DNA of 41,413 nt from IMG/VR virus record IMGVR_UViG_3300017560_000021, positions 1 to 41,413 of that record; one strand, 5' to 3'. A program made the position numbers and the translations under genes. Below the pieces are notes generated by a model that was given only the letters and a program-made list of their open reading frames with translations, had not been told where the DNA came from and searched no databases. Of this stretch, positions 1 through 9,350 are shown in pieces (the first letter of the stretch is position 1; every line of letters begins with the position of its first letter). The DNA is from a virus (Duplodnaviria; Caudoviricetes).

Positions 1-40
1 GTCCGGGCCGAGGGAGGCCTCCAGACTTTCGACCCGCCCC

Positions 41-295
41 CTATCGTCGAGGGGGAGGAGGTCGGGAGGCGGTCGAGGTCGATGGCGAGGTTCCGGCGAC
101 TTCGAACTCGCCTACCTCCTGAATGTCTTCGATGCTGGCATCGCGCCATTCGGTCGATGGCTTAAGGCGATCCAAGCCTGGCCGAACAGGCATGGAGTGA
201 TCGACAACCCACGTCGCGTGCTCCACCTGAAGAACCAATCGCCCGCGCCACCCAAGTCGATAACGATACCGTCCTGTCAGCGCCATCATCACCAC
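41..295 (-). CDS. small hypothetical phage protein between HNH and cos
   Basis: 84-aa ORF overlapping the HNH stop, co-oriented with the late genes; no recognised motif. Confidence 0.6.
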   Translation of the reverse strand: MVMMALTGRYRYRLGWRGRLVLQVEHATWVVDHSMPVRPGLDRLKPSTEWRDASIEDIQEVGEFEVAGTSPSTSTASRPPPPRR

Positions 296-657
296 CGAGC
301 TTGCGCTCGCTCCTGCTTCTGCTTCTCGCTGTCGTGGTAGGCCTTGCTCACCACGTGAAGGTTGTCCTCATCCCAGAACAACCGCTCGTCGCCGCGATGC
401 GGAACCTTGTGGTCGATCACTGCGCTATTGCCAGCCGGGTATCTGCCGACGCAGATCACGCCGGTGCGTTGGCAGGTGTAGCTGTCCCTGATCAGGATCA
501 CCTGCCGCAGCTTGCGCCAACGCTCGGTCTTGTACCATTTGCGCCAACTGACAGACTGATCGCGCTCGCGAAGGCGAGCCTGCTCGTCGCCAGGCGCACG
601 CCCGATACGAGGGGCAAGGGAGGACACGCGAGGCTTAAGCGTCGATAACCGTGCCAT
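289..657 (-). CDS. terminase-associated HNH endonuclease (HK97 gp74-like)
   Basis: WYKTERWRKLR..IRDSYTCQ..IDHKVPHRGDERLFWDEDNL..HDS motif; position just upstream of cos/terS on the circular map. Confidence 0.9.
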   Translation of the reverse strand: MARLSTLKPRVSSLAPRIGRAPGDEQARLRERDQSVSWRKWYKTERWRKLRQVILIRDSYTCQRTGVICVGRYPAGNSAVIDHKVPHRGDERLFWDEDNLHVVSKAYHDSEKQKQERAQARW

Positions 658-667
658 GACCCGTCCA

Positions 668-708
668 CAAAAGCGAAACCCGCCGAGCGTTTCCGCCAGC
701 GGGTTTTT
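668..708 (-). terminator. hairpin, putative late-leader terminator (tR'-like)
   Basis: stem AAACCCGC (676-683)/GCGGGTTT (699-706), followed on the minus strand by CGCTTTTG, upstream of HNH. Confidence 0.55.
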
Positions 709-728
709 GAACCTGATTTAACGTGCTG

Positions 729-757
729 ACTATCTGTCAACCTTCTGACGCACGCAA
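729..757 (-). promoter_or_regulatory. putative late promoter (PR'-like)
   Basis: minus strand TTGCGT-N17-GATAGT in the intergenic gap ahead of the hairpin. Confidence 0.45.
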
Positions 758-791
758 CACCTTTTTGATTTGAGAGAATAGAGCAAGCATA

Positions 792-1580
792 TCAGGCAGA
801 TAGAGTGTTTTCGGCGCCTGTTTTCGCCCTCAACCATGGGTGCCTGTCTGGCGCGAACGCGTAGAGCTGATGAGCGCCGAGCCTGTCCCGAAGCGATTCA
901 TGCAGGACTTCCAGCGCTGACTGCCACAGCTGCCAATCGAGCCGCGTGAGGATGTCGCCGCGGATCGACCTGCTGAGTGTCCACTGGCGATAGGCGCCCT
1001 TGAGTGGACGATGGCGCTTCTGGTCATACCCGTTGTCCTGGTAGATGTAGGTGCGGCCTAGGCTGTCCTTCGACTTCCTGTCGATGAACCAGATGGGCTT
1101 GCCCTTTGCCCCCAGCTTCATGCGAGACGTCGGCTCCTTCGCCTCCCACGACGGCCCGCGGCCCAGCATGGCGGCGCTGATGACGAGGTTGACGACGTGC
1201 CGGCCGTTCAGCCTGTCGCTGCGGCAACGCTGCTCGTCGGCGACGCGCTCTACCTCTGCGCGGACAAGCCCATGCGGATCCTGCCATTCCGGGAATGGAT
1301 GCCATCCAGCCGCGATCTCGAAGCCCTCGCGCTGCGCCAGCGCGCGCACCGCGTCGCCGACGAGCACAGCATCTGCAGCCGGCTCGCCCTCGTACACGTA
1401 TCCGGGGATTGCGCCATAGTGGTTCGGTGTGCGGTCGATCATCGTTCCGAGCGCCGCGACCTCGACAATCGCGTTCCAGCTCGATCCCGCCACCAGCGTT
1501 CCGCCGTTGCCAGCGCCGACCTTCGGCAGCTCGTGGACGAAAGCCCAGGTCAGAAGCTGTTCGATCGTGCTTTTCTTCAT
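792..1580 (-). CDS. conserved phage protein, putative late-gene regulator/antiterminator by position
   Basis: 262-aa ORF, last early gene before the late promoter and terminator; function inferred from synteny only. Confidence 0.55.
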   Translation of the reverse strand: MKKSTIEQLLTWAFVHELPKVGAGNGGTLVAGSSWNAIVEVAALGTMIDRTPNHYGAIPGYVYEGEPAADAVLVGDAVRALAQREGFEIAAGWHPFPEWQDPHGLVRAEVERVADEQRCRSDRLNGRHVVNLVISAAMLGRGPSWEAKEPTSRMKLGAKGKPIWFIDRKSKDSLGRTYIYQDNGYDQKRHRPLKGAYRQWTLSRSIRGDILTRLDWQLWQSALEVLHESLRDRLGAHQLYAFAPDRHPWLRAKTGAENTLSA

Positions 1581-1590
1581 GCCTCAACCC

Positions 1591-1914
1591 CTTCCGTCCC
1601 AAAATTCACGCTATCGACCCAAATCAGAAGCTTCCGTCCCAAGACGCTGAAAACAGGGTCTTTGTTTTTATTGGTAAATTTCAGATATTGGGTCGCTAGG
1701 GACGATAGGGACGATAGAAATGAAGTTTGTATAGCGCGAGACGATTTTGATTTTTGTCTCTCTATAGGCCGATATCTATCTGCACGCGTATGCGCGTCAC
1801 GTAAGGCGGAAACTATCGTCCCTAGCGTCCCTAGCGTCCAAACCCATTGATTTCCCTCACCCTTTGAGTGGGGCGATAGCATCCCGCTATCATTCTCATC
1901 GTCCCTAGCGCCCC
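1591..1914. repeat. iteron-like repeat cluster, putative replication origin
   Basis: CT(T/A)(C/T)CG(T/A)CCC at 1591, 1611 and 1631 (20-bp spacing); three inverted 9-mers GGG(T/A)CG(C/A)TA at 1690-1717; CTATCGTCCCTAGCGTCCCTAGCGTCC at 1813-1839; further copies at 1871 and 1898; AT-rich tracts; directly downstream of the D5 helicase. Confidence 0.75.
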
Positions 1915-1995
1915 ATTTTCCGGCCCGAGAATGCCGGGCAAGGGCTGGCGATGATAGGTGCGGCGGTGCGCACATGCGAAGGGTCCGGGTGCGCA

Positions 1996-3804
1996 TCATT
2001 GGATGCTCTCCGGAAATTCCTCATAGGGAGGCGCGTAGCGGCCGTCAGGCGGCCCCTCTTGTTGCTTCTTTCCGAGGAAACGATCCAGGACGCGGATCCC
2101 GCGGTAGATGGTAGTGCCGCTCTTGCCTTTCCAGAACTGCCGCATCGATTTGTCCGGACTTTCCCACATCTTTCGCGTCTGGTCCGGTAGCCTGCGGCTG
2201 AAGGTCGATGCCTTGAAGTCCGGCAGGCCTTCCAGTCGTGCGAAGTTGGAATAGCCGATGTAGAGATCCTCCGGCGTTGCCGTGTCCTCCTCGCTGCCTG
2301 TGATCTCGCAGCCGCCGCGCAGGAAGGCGCCGAGTGGATCACTCTCCTGTCGATACTCTTCTGTAGCTGCAAGCACCTTCTCCGGAGGCCTGAGCCCCAT
2401 GGTGAGATAATCAAGCGCGCCCGCCACCATCCATGCGAAAACGCCGTCCATTTCGCGGCGCAGCTTCTTGGGCAGTTCGGGATCAACCTCTTCCTTCGGG
2501 ATCTGGATTTCCCAGAAGATGAGCATCACCCGTCGCCAGATGCCGTCCGAGTCGTCGGTGATGATAGGCTTGTGATTGCCCTGAAGGATAATCTTGAATT
2601 GCGGGATCAACTCGAAGAAGTCCTGATGCAGGCGGCGAACAGAGATCTTGTCGCCGCCCGTCAGCGTCTTGATCAGCGCATCCTTGAGCTTCGTTCCCAT
2701 CTCCGGCTCAGACGCCGAGACCAGACGCGCGCCGGGCAGCCTGGCAAGGTCTGGCGTTGCCTCGCCGCCGCCCTTGCGACTGTCGCCGGCAAAGCTGTCG
2801 ATCGATAGCGACACGGCGTAGTCGTTGAGCGCGTCGACCATCAGATCCACGAATGTGCTCTTGCCGTTCCGCCCGGCGCCGTAGAAGAACAGAAGGCACT
2901 GCTCGGTCGTCAGGCCCAGCAGGCAGTAGCCCATGAAGCGCTGCAGGAAGCGCCGCATCTCGACATCGGGCATGACGCGCTTGAAGAACCGGTCGAACTC
3001 GGGCGCCTGCGCTTCCGGATCGAACGAGACCTTGGCAAGCTTGGTGATATAGTCGCGGGGATCGTGCTTGTCCTGGCGTACTCGCCAGCGCACACGGCCT
3101 TCCTCGTCCGCTCGGATGAAGCGAAGCGTGCCGGAGAAAGTGTTGACCGCATAGAGGTCGAGGTTGAGATCGTTGACCATCTTGGCGCAATGCGGTGCGG
3201 CCTCGGTCAGCATATTGTTGATCTTGGTGGTGCCGGCAGCGCTCTTCGCGTGGCTGTGGCGAGACGACATCCGCCCGGCGCGCTCCTTATTGGCCTCGCG
3301 CATCGCGTTCACCCGATCCTCAAGAGCGGCGTACTTATCGAGCTGCTCGACGGTCCATTTCTTGTCCGGTCGCCCCATATCCTTCAGTTCAGCCGCGGCA
3401 ATCCGGCCATCTTCGATCGCCGTCTGCTCTTCCGGCATGGCATCCAGCAGAATAGCCTCATCGTCGATGAATTCGGCCGTGCGCTGCGCCAGCGGGCGCA
3501 CGACGGAACCGTCTTCGTCTTCCTTCCAGCGCTTGCCGTCATAGCCATGCCAACCAACACGCGCGACGAAGAGGATCCTGTCGCCGTATCGCGTCAGCAG
3601 CCGGTTGGCGTTGCCGATATCCGTCTCCGGGAGGGATGCGCATTCCTCCAGCAGCTCCTGCGCGGAAAGCTGGAGACGCGGCTCGCGCTCCGGTTCGTCC
3701 GCAATGATCACGGGGTCCGGGTGATTGTCGAAGTAGCGCCGCTGCCCCTCCGCCCTGGCGATCATCTCCGCCACGGCGGTCGGCATGTTCACATGCTCGT
3801 TCAC
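1996..3804 (-). CDS. P4/D5-family primase-associated SF3 helicase
   Basis: TDIGNANRL D5_N motif, Walker A GAGRNGKST, LARLPGARLVSASE, IKTLTGGDKISVRRLH, DDSDGIWRR. Confidence 0.93.
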   Translation of the reverse strand: MNEHVNMPTAVAEMIARAEGQRRYFDNHPDPVIIADEPEREPRLQLSAQELLEECASLPETDIGNANRLLTRYGDRILFVARVGWHGYDGKRWKEDEDGSVVRPLAQRTAEFIDDEAILLDAMPEEQTAIEDGRIAAAELKDMGRPDKKWTVEQLDKYAALEDRVNAMREANKERAGRMSSRHSHAKSAAGTTKINNMLTEAAPHCAKMVNDLNLDLYAVNTFSGTLRFIRADEEGRVRWRVRQDKHDPRDYITKLAKVSFDPEAQAPEFDRFFKRVMPDVEMRRFLQRFMGYCLLGLTTEQCLLFFYGAGRNGKSTFVDLMVDALNDYAVSLSIDSFAGDSRKGGGEATPDLARLPGARLVSASEPEMGTKLKDALIKTLTGGDKISVRRLHQDFFELIPQFKIILQGNHKPIITDDSDGIWRRVMLIFWEIQIPKEEVDPELPKKLRREMDGVFAWMVAGALDYLTMGLRPPEKVLAATEEYRQESDPLGAFLRGGCEITGSEEDTATPEDLYIGYSNFARLEGLPDFKASTFSRRLPDQTRKMWESPDKSMRQFWKGKSGTTIYRGIRVLDRFLGKKQQEGPPDGRYAPPYEEFPESIQ

Positions 3805-3808
3805 TCTG

Positions 3809-5038
3809 TCATCCCCTGTCAGTCCGGGCCGCCATGCAGGCGGCGAAGTCCGTTTCGGCCGGCGGCCAAATCGTCACGATGTGCCGCCCCTCGCGCGAAA
3901 GCCGCTTCTCTGCCCTCGCCATTGCCGAAGCCGTGAAAACGAATTCGCTGTCGCCATCGGCGATCAGCACCACGGACGTCACATGCTCGGGCAGCTGCAA
4001 CAGCTCGGCAGGATCAACGCCCTGCTTCGGCTCCGGCCCCTGCACGCGTGCAGCCCGCATGCGTCCGCGCTTGTCGGTGGTCGTCAGCGTCGGGTGCGGA
4101 AATCCGCTTGCGGGTTCCGCCGGCCCGGCAAGATTGCCGAGGTCGCCGGCGGCGAAATAGAAGGTATCGGCGCGAAAGCCCTCGGCGCCGGCAATGGCGA
4201 GGCCGTTCTCGATGCCTTCGCCGCCGACCCATCGCGTCGACGACATCAGGCCGAAGAGCGGGATCAAGGATCCCTTCTTCACGCCCTGCATCTTCTTCGT
4301 CGGAAGCGCTTCGCCGTCGTCTAGGATGACCGGTCGAAACTTCGGCTCACGCGACAGGTCGATCCACGTCTCATGGCAGCCGGTCACGCGAAAATCGACA
4401 TCGACGAAGGGCGCGATCATCGCCGGCCCGACATGCAGGCAGGGATGATGACCGCGATCGTCCTTGCGATTGCGCCAATAGGAGTGCTGCGGATCAAACC
4501 GGATGTTCGCCCAGACCGCATCCGGCATGTCGAAGCCGGTGCGAAGGCGAAGATATTCGCCAGCCGCGGTCCGCTCGCCGCCTACGACCATTCGGGCGTT
4601 GAAGAATATGCCGCGCCCCTTGGCAATCGCCTTTTCTCGGAAATCGTTGCTGGCACGCGCGGCAGCCTCGGCATTGCGCCGCCGGCGATCCTCGATCGCG
4701 GCGAGCCGCTCCGCGCGCTGCTCTTCGGTTTCCCGCTCGCCTTCGGCCGGAATCTCCCGCTGCAGCGCCTCGCTGCATGCCGTCAGGAAGCCGGTGCGGC
4801 TCGAAAGATCATGGCCACGAGCATGCGCGATGAGCCCGATCCCGTCCCGGCCACCGCGCCCGCACTGGCGGCAGTTCCATGCCTGCTTCGTCGAGATCGA
4901 GAACCGGTCCTTGCCACCGCAGACAGGGCAAGGACCGGCGAACTCGGCGCGCGTCATGACATAGCCGAGGATCCCGGCGGCCTCGGTGACCGAGACGGCG
5001 CGGGCCTCCTCGACGAAGGTGTCGATGGCGGCCGTCAT
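3809..5038 (-). CDS. DNA primase (P4 alpha-type Zn-binding domain plus Toprim-like domain)
   Basis: GPCPVCGGKDRF..WNCRQC Zn finger, GEGIENGL and IADGD motifs; ATGA overlap places the start at 5038. Confidence 0.85.
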   Translation of the reverse strand: MTAAIDTFVEEARAVSVTEAAGILGYVMTRAEFAGPCPVCGGKDRFSISTKQAWNCRQCGRGGRDGIGLIAHARGHDLSSRTGFLTACSEALQREIPAEGERETEEQRAERLAAIEDRRRRNAEAAARASNDFREKAIAKGRGIFFNARMVVGGERTAAGEYLRLRTGFDMPDAVWANIRFDPQHSYWRNRKDDRGHHPCLHVGPAMIAPFVDVDFRVTGCHETWIDLSREPKFRPVILDDGEALPTKKMQGVKKGSLIPLFGLMSSTRWVGGEGIENGLAIAGAEGFRADTFYFAAGDLGNLAGPAEPASGFPHPTLTTTDKRGRMRAARVQGPEPKQGVDPAELLQLPEHVTSVVLIADGDSEFVFTASAMARAEKRLSREGRHIVTIWPPAETDFAACMAARTDRG

Positions 5039-5742
5039 TCGGCAGCCTCTCGGAACACGGAAAGCGCCTGATCGCCCCACTGCCGCGCCATAGCCGATGC
5101 CATGCCCGGAAAGAAGCGGCTCCGCTCTTTACCCCGATCCTTGCCAGGCGGCATGCGCCATACGCGGTTCCAGGCCTTCCATTCATCGCTGCCGGGCTCC
5201 GGTTCTGCCAGCCGGTTCGTTTCGGCAAGAGGGGTCAGCCCGCGGAGATACCAGCCGGTGGCCTTGTACTCCGGATGACCAAACCAGAACGGTTGAGCCA
5301 CATGCGGCGCCGGCACATCTGAAGGCATCCGTGCCCGCGCAATGTCGTGCATTTCCGGGTTTTCGATAGCCACGCGTCCGATCGGCGCCCGCCAGCAGGC
5401 AACGAACAGATCGACACCCTGCTCGAATTCCTCGATCATGCTCGACCAGGATCGGCCCTTTGGCAGCTTCTTCGGCGGTGTCAGATGACCCGGCCCGGAA
5501 AGCCAGCGTCTGCCCGATCGGCAAAGCCTTGTGCAGGGCGGATGCGCCACGACAAGCAGATCCCATCCATCATGCAGGATCTCGCGGACATCGCCCCGGA
5601 CATGTCGGTTGCTGCCGTCTTCTGCCGGCAGAAGGTCACAGGACCACGCATTAAAGCCTTCGGCGAGAAACGCGTTGCGCACCGTGCCGGAATATTCGCA
5701 ACCGACAAGAACGCGAACCGAGGATCGGTCAAATTTGCTCAT
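5035..5742 (-). CDS. small C5-cytosine DNA methyltransferase-like protein
   Basis: RVLVGCEYSG (motif I-like), AHPPC (motif IV), IENP (motif VI); start MSKF at 5742 by ATGA overlap. Confidence 0.7.
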   Translation of the reverse strand: MSKFDRSSVRVLVGCEYSGTVRNAFLAEGFNAWSCDLLPAEDGSNRHVRGDVREILHDGWDLLVVAHPPCTRLCRSGRRWLSGPGHLTPPKKLPKGRSWSSMIEEFEQGVDLFVACWRAPIGRVAIENPEMHDIARARMPSDVPAPHVAQPFWFGHPEYKATGWYLRGLTPLAETNRLAEPEPGSDEWKAWNRVWRMPPGKDRGKERSRFFPGMASAMARQWGDQALSVFREAAE

Positions 5743-6068
5743 CCCCGCATCTCCCGCCGCGGCATGTCGCTGAACGCCTGGTAGAGCGGCGCTTCCTGCG
5801 CCCGCATGATCCGCAGCTTCCCCTGCATCTGCAGCGCCTTGACCGCGAGCGCGAGGGCGTCCGTATTCGGCCCCGGCCGCCAGTCGGCGGCGGGCTTGGC
5901 GATGAAGGGGGTTCCGGGGAGCGTGCCGCGCAGCGAGTATGCGCAGGTAATGTTGCGATGATGCTCCATCTCCGCCGGCACCATGCCGAAGGCGCGCGCC
6001 GTCTCGACGCACTCGATCATGGTGGGCGCGATGACGTAGAGGGTTCGAGGCCGTTCGCGCGCCATCAC
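5739..6068 (-). CDS. hypothetical protein
   Basis: 109-aa ORF translationally coupled on both sides. Confidence 0.65.
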   Translation of the reverse strand: MMARERPRTLYVIAPTMIECVETARAFGMVPAEMEHHRNITCAYSLRGTLPGTPFIAKPAADWRPGPNTDALALAVKALQMQGKLRIMRAQEAPLYQAFSDMPRREMRG

Positions 6069-6550
6069 TTACCTCGCGCCTTGCGGACGGCGTCTATCCC
6101 GTCACGGGTCACGTGGTAGACGGCGGCCGCAGATTTAACGCCCCGCTTGATGCAGACAATGTGCCCGGCAAGCGTTAGCTCGCGCATGGCGCGCGCGGCA
6201 CCCTTGGCGCCGACGGCGGCGCGCTCCGCGATCTCGTCCAGCGACAAGGAGACGCTTTCGCCGTCGCCCTCGTCGAGCAGCATGGAAAGCACCTTCATCT
6301 TGTTCGACCGAACGTCGACGCTGGTATCAGGCTCGACCCAGTTGGCCGGCGCACTGGGCGTAGAATAAAAGTGCCGCTGCTTCATCAGCCGCCGCGCAGT
6401 CTCGTTCGAGATCGCGATCGACGCCGCCACGGCAGGTAGCGGCAAGCCGGTTTCCGTCGCCAGCAGCAGCGCTTCCGTCTGCAAATGCGGCTCCAGCTTC
6501 GCAAAGCGATCCGGGGTCATATGGTCGGAGAACGAGTATTGTCCGAACAC
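6065..6550 (-). CDS. winged-HTH domain protein
   Basis: C-terminal SLDEIAERAAVGAKGAARAMRELTLAGHI..YHVT; GTG start at 6550 just after the upstream stop. Confidence 0.6.
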   Translation of the reverse strand: MFGQYSFSDHMTPDRFAKLEPHLQTEALLLATETGLPLPAVAASIAISNETARRLMKQRHFYSTPSAPANWVEPDTSVDVRSNKMKVLSMLLDEGDGESVSLSLDEIAERAAVGAKGAARAMRELTLAGHIVCIKRGVKSAAAVYHVTRDGIDAVRKARGK

Positions 6551-6554
6551 CGGG

Positions 6555-6962
6555 CTATCTCCATTCCTGGGCAAGTTGAGGCGGGGTCGAAGCCGGAATT
6601 CCGGCCATCGAAGGCAGAGCGGCAGTCTCGACGGGAGCGGTTGGCGTAGCGGGCGCGGCCCGCTCACCGGCCACGTGTTTGGCGCGCCAGCGCGAGACCT
6701 TCTCCATCTCCTCGTCGGTGAGGAACACCAGCCCGCCGCGCATCCGGCGCTCACGCCATGCGATCTCTGCGCCGGAGGTGTCCCGCCGCGTGGTCCAGAT
6801 GGCAATGTGCACCTTCGCGCCGTGCGGAAGCGCGAGGATCTCGACGGGATCGTCGATCACGCGCGCAAAGCTCGGCGCGTTGCTTCGCGCGCAGGCGAAG
6901 ACGGAGGAAAGGGCAAAGTCGATGTCGTCGGTGACGATGGTGAAGAGGATCCGGTCACGCAT
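6555..6962 (-). CDS. hypothetical protein
   Basis: ORF beginning MRDRILF, overlapping the methyltransferase stop. Confidence 0.6.
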   Translation of the reverse strand: MRDRILFTIVTDDIDFALSSVFACARSNAPSFARVIDDPVEILALPHGAKVHIAIWTTRRDTSGAEIAWRERRMRGGLVFLTDEEMEKVSRWRAKHVAGERAAPATPTAPVETAALPSMAGIPASTPPQLAQEWR

Positions 6963-7962
6963 CTTCCGCCTCCGGAAGATCATCGGGATCGGCAAAGAGC
7001 CGATCGGTCTCCGGCTGGTCGAGCAGGGCGATGTTCCGCACGGCCTGCCGGAAATACGATGGCTTCAGCTCGAAACCGATGCCGCGGCGACCGCAATCGA
7101 CGGCGACATAGACCTCCGATCCAATCCCGAGAAACGGCGTCAGCACCGTCTCGCCGGGCGCGGACCAGAGATCGACACAGCGCTCGATGACGTCGAGCTG
7201 CAGCGGCGAGATGTGCTGTTCGTCCTGATGATCGCGCGCGGCGCGATACTGCAGCGTCCGGGTCTGGCGAATATCGGTCCAAACCGGTGACGCATATCGC
7301 TGCCACACCAGCACCGATCGCCACATGTCGAGCGGCCACGGCTTCTGTCCGGCGTTCAGCGTCCGGCAGTACGCCTCGTACCCGGCATCGGTGATGTCGA
7401 GGCCCTCGCCTGAGAAGCGCTCGAACATGCCGGCGACGGGCGCGGCATTCTCGCCGGGCTTGCGGAACATCACCATGTAGTCGGCAAGTCCCTGTCCGGA
7501 GATCGTGCTGTCCTTCACCACCTGCTTGTGCAGGAGCCGGATGGATTTCGTCCGCTGCTGCGCGACGACGGGATCCTTCCAGATGCAGACTTCGGAATGG
7601 AAGATCCAGCCGGCAGCCTGATAGGCCCGGACGATCTCGCCGCGAAAGTCCCGCATGCCGATGAAGCCGTCCCGGTTCTTCGAGGTCGGCAGCTGCATGC
7701 AGTGAACGGCGTGCAGCCGGCCCGGCTTGGTCACGCGGAAGAGCTCGGCGATCAGGAAGCCATAATGCCGCCAGAAGTCCTCGCCCTCATTGTTGGAGAT
7801 GTCGCGATCGTAGTTCGAGAACTTGTAGAGGCCCTCGAACGGCGGCGAATGGATCCCGAAGTCGATCGACCCGTCGGGCACGGCGCGGATCAGCTCGCAA
7901 CAATCGCCCTGGTAGAGCGCATAGCGGTCAGTGATGACCTGGTCGACGGCGTTGATGGTCAT
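6955..7962 (-). CDS. beta-class amino-methyltransferase (N4-C/N6-A DNA methylase)
   Basis: catalytic SPPF near the N-terminus; HISPLQLDVIERC and VLTPFLGIGSE (FxGxG) near the C-terminus. Confidence 0.9.
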   Translation of the reverse strand: MTINAVDQVITDRYALYQGDCCELIRAVPDGSIDFGIHSPPFEGLYKFSNYDRDISNNEGEDFWRHYGFLIAELFRVTKPGRLHAVHCMQLPTSKNRDGFIGMRDFRGEIVRAYQAAGWIFHSEVCIWKDPVVAQQRTKSIRLLHKQVVKDSTISGQGLADYMVMFRKPGENAAPVAGMFERFSGEGLDITDAGYEAYCRTLNAGQKPWPLDMWRSVLVWQRYASPVWTDIRQTRTLQYRAARDHQDEQHISPLQLDVIERCVDLWSAPGETVLTPFLGIGSEVYVAVDCGRRGIGFELKPSYFRQAVRNIALLDQPETDRLFADPDDLPEAEDA

Positions 7963-9350
7963 GCGGCACTCCGGATCCAGGAAGGGAGGGAAACCGGCTG
8001 CGCCGGTGCGTAGTCAGGCCGGTCGCGAACAAGGCCGCGCACTTCCTGGCTGGAGAGATCCGCCATATGGCGCACCATCGCCTCGGCCATCCGGGCGGCG
8101 TCTTCTTCCTTGCGGCGGAGATTGGCGACGACGGCGCCTTCGCGTTCGTCGGCGATGAAGTGGGCGTTGACCGGCTGCGTCTGGCCAAAGCGCCAGAAGC
8201 GGCGGATCGCCTGATAGACCTGCTCGAAGCTGTCATTCAGCCCGACGAAGCCGGTATTGGCGCAGTGCTGCCAGTTCATCCCGAAGCCGGCGATCGAGGC
8301 CTTCGTGATCAGAACGCGGATCCTCCCGTCGGTGAAGGCGTTGAGCTTGCGCTCCTTCTCCCCGTCGCTGTCCGACCCCGAAAGATTGACCGCGCCGGGG
8401 ATGGCGCGCACCAGCTGGTCGGTCTCGTCGTTCAGGTGGCACCACCAGACGAACGGCCGATCACCGGGCGTAAGAGACGCCGCCTGCGCGACACGCGTGC
8501 CGACGCTGTCGCGCCGCGCCGCCAGCCGCTCCTTCATTGTGCGGGCTTCCATCGGAAACAGCGTTCCCGCCTCGAAGCTCGGCTTGTAGTCGGCCGCGAC
8601 ACGGTGATGGTGATAGTTCAGCGGCGGAAGATCGTAGCCATCGTCGGAATAGCCAAGGTCGGACGGCTTGCGCAGCATCACCGCCCAGGAGGCCATCCAG
8701 CGCCAGAAGTCGCTTTCGGCATGCCCCTTCAGGCGCCAGCTCTTGGTGTCGCCGCCGTCATGCACGAAGAAGGTGGAGAGCATGTCGGTATAGGACATGA
8801 CGCCGAGGAATTCGGCATGATTGCCAAGCTCCATGAAATCATTCGGCGCCGGCGTGGCCGTGGCCGCCAGTCGAAAGGGAATGGTCGAGCATTCGCGCAC
8901 AAGCTTTGTCCGGTAGTGCCCGTCGACGTTCTTGAGGATCGAGCTTTCGTCGAGCGCGACGCCACCGAACCCGGCAAGCTCGAAGCGGTCTAGCTTCTGG
9001 TAATTGGCGATGTCGATCGCTCCATCGCCACGCGCCGAGACGACCTGCGCACCGATGCCGAACTTGCCGGCCTCGCGCGCATGCTGGTGAGACACTGCAA
9101 GCGGAGCCAGCAGCAGGACCGGCCGCCCGGTATGGCGGGAAACTTCGTGCGCCCAGGTCAGCTCCATCAGCGTCTTGCCAAGGCCGGTCCCGGCGAAGAT
9201 TGCCGCCCGGCCGCGCCGCAAAGCCCATGCTGTGATGTCGCGCTGGTGAGCGAAGAGGAAGTCCGGCAGTTCGATCGTGCCGCTGATGCCGGTGGACGGA
9301 TCGAGGATCCGCTTGCGCTCGAGGAATTGCTCGTAGGCCTGCAGGGTCAT
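7959..9350 (-). CDS. SF2 (SNF2/DEAD-like) helicase
   Basis: AGTGLGKT, LDESSILK, ATATPAPND, GFGMNWQ, QAIRRFWRFGQ; start MTLQAYE at 9350. Confidence 0.9.
   Translation of the reverse strand: MTLQAYEQFLERKRILDPSTGISGTIELPDFLFAHQRDITAWALRRGRAAIFAGTGLGKTLMELTWAHEVSRHTGRPVLLLAPLAVSHQHAREAGKFGIGAQVVSARGDGAIDIANYQKLDRFELAGFGGVALDESSILKNVDGHYRTKLVRECSTIPFRLAATATPAPNDFMELGNHAEFLGVMSYTDMLSTFFVHDGGDTKSWRLKGHAESDFWRWMASWAVMLRKPSDLGYSDDGYDLPPLNYHHHRVAADYKPSFEAGTLFPMEARTMKERLAARRDSVGTRVAQAASLTPGDRPFVWWCHLNDETDQLVRAIPGAVNLSGSDSDGEKERKLNAFTDGRIRVLITKASIAGFGMNWQHCANTGFVGLNDSFEQVYQAIRRFWRFGQTQPVNAHFIADEREGAVVANLRRKEEDAARMAEAMVRHMADLSSQEVRGLVRDRPDYAPAQPVSLPSWIRSAA

Noticed and set aside
1591-1914. Repeats read as a CRISPR array, or ORF 1577..1999 as a gene
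   Set aside because: The units are 9-10 bp in both orientations with no unique spacers and no cas genes; the ORF merely translates the repeats
6955-7962. CcrM-like GANTC methylase
   Set aside because: The catalytic motif is SPPF rather than DPPY and the sequence does not resemble CcrM; specificity cannot be read from the sequence
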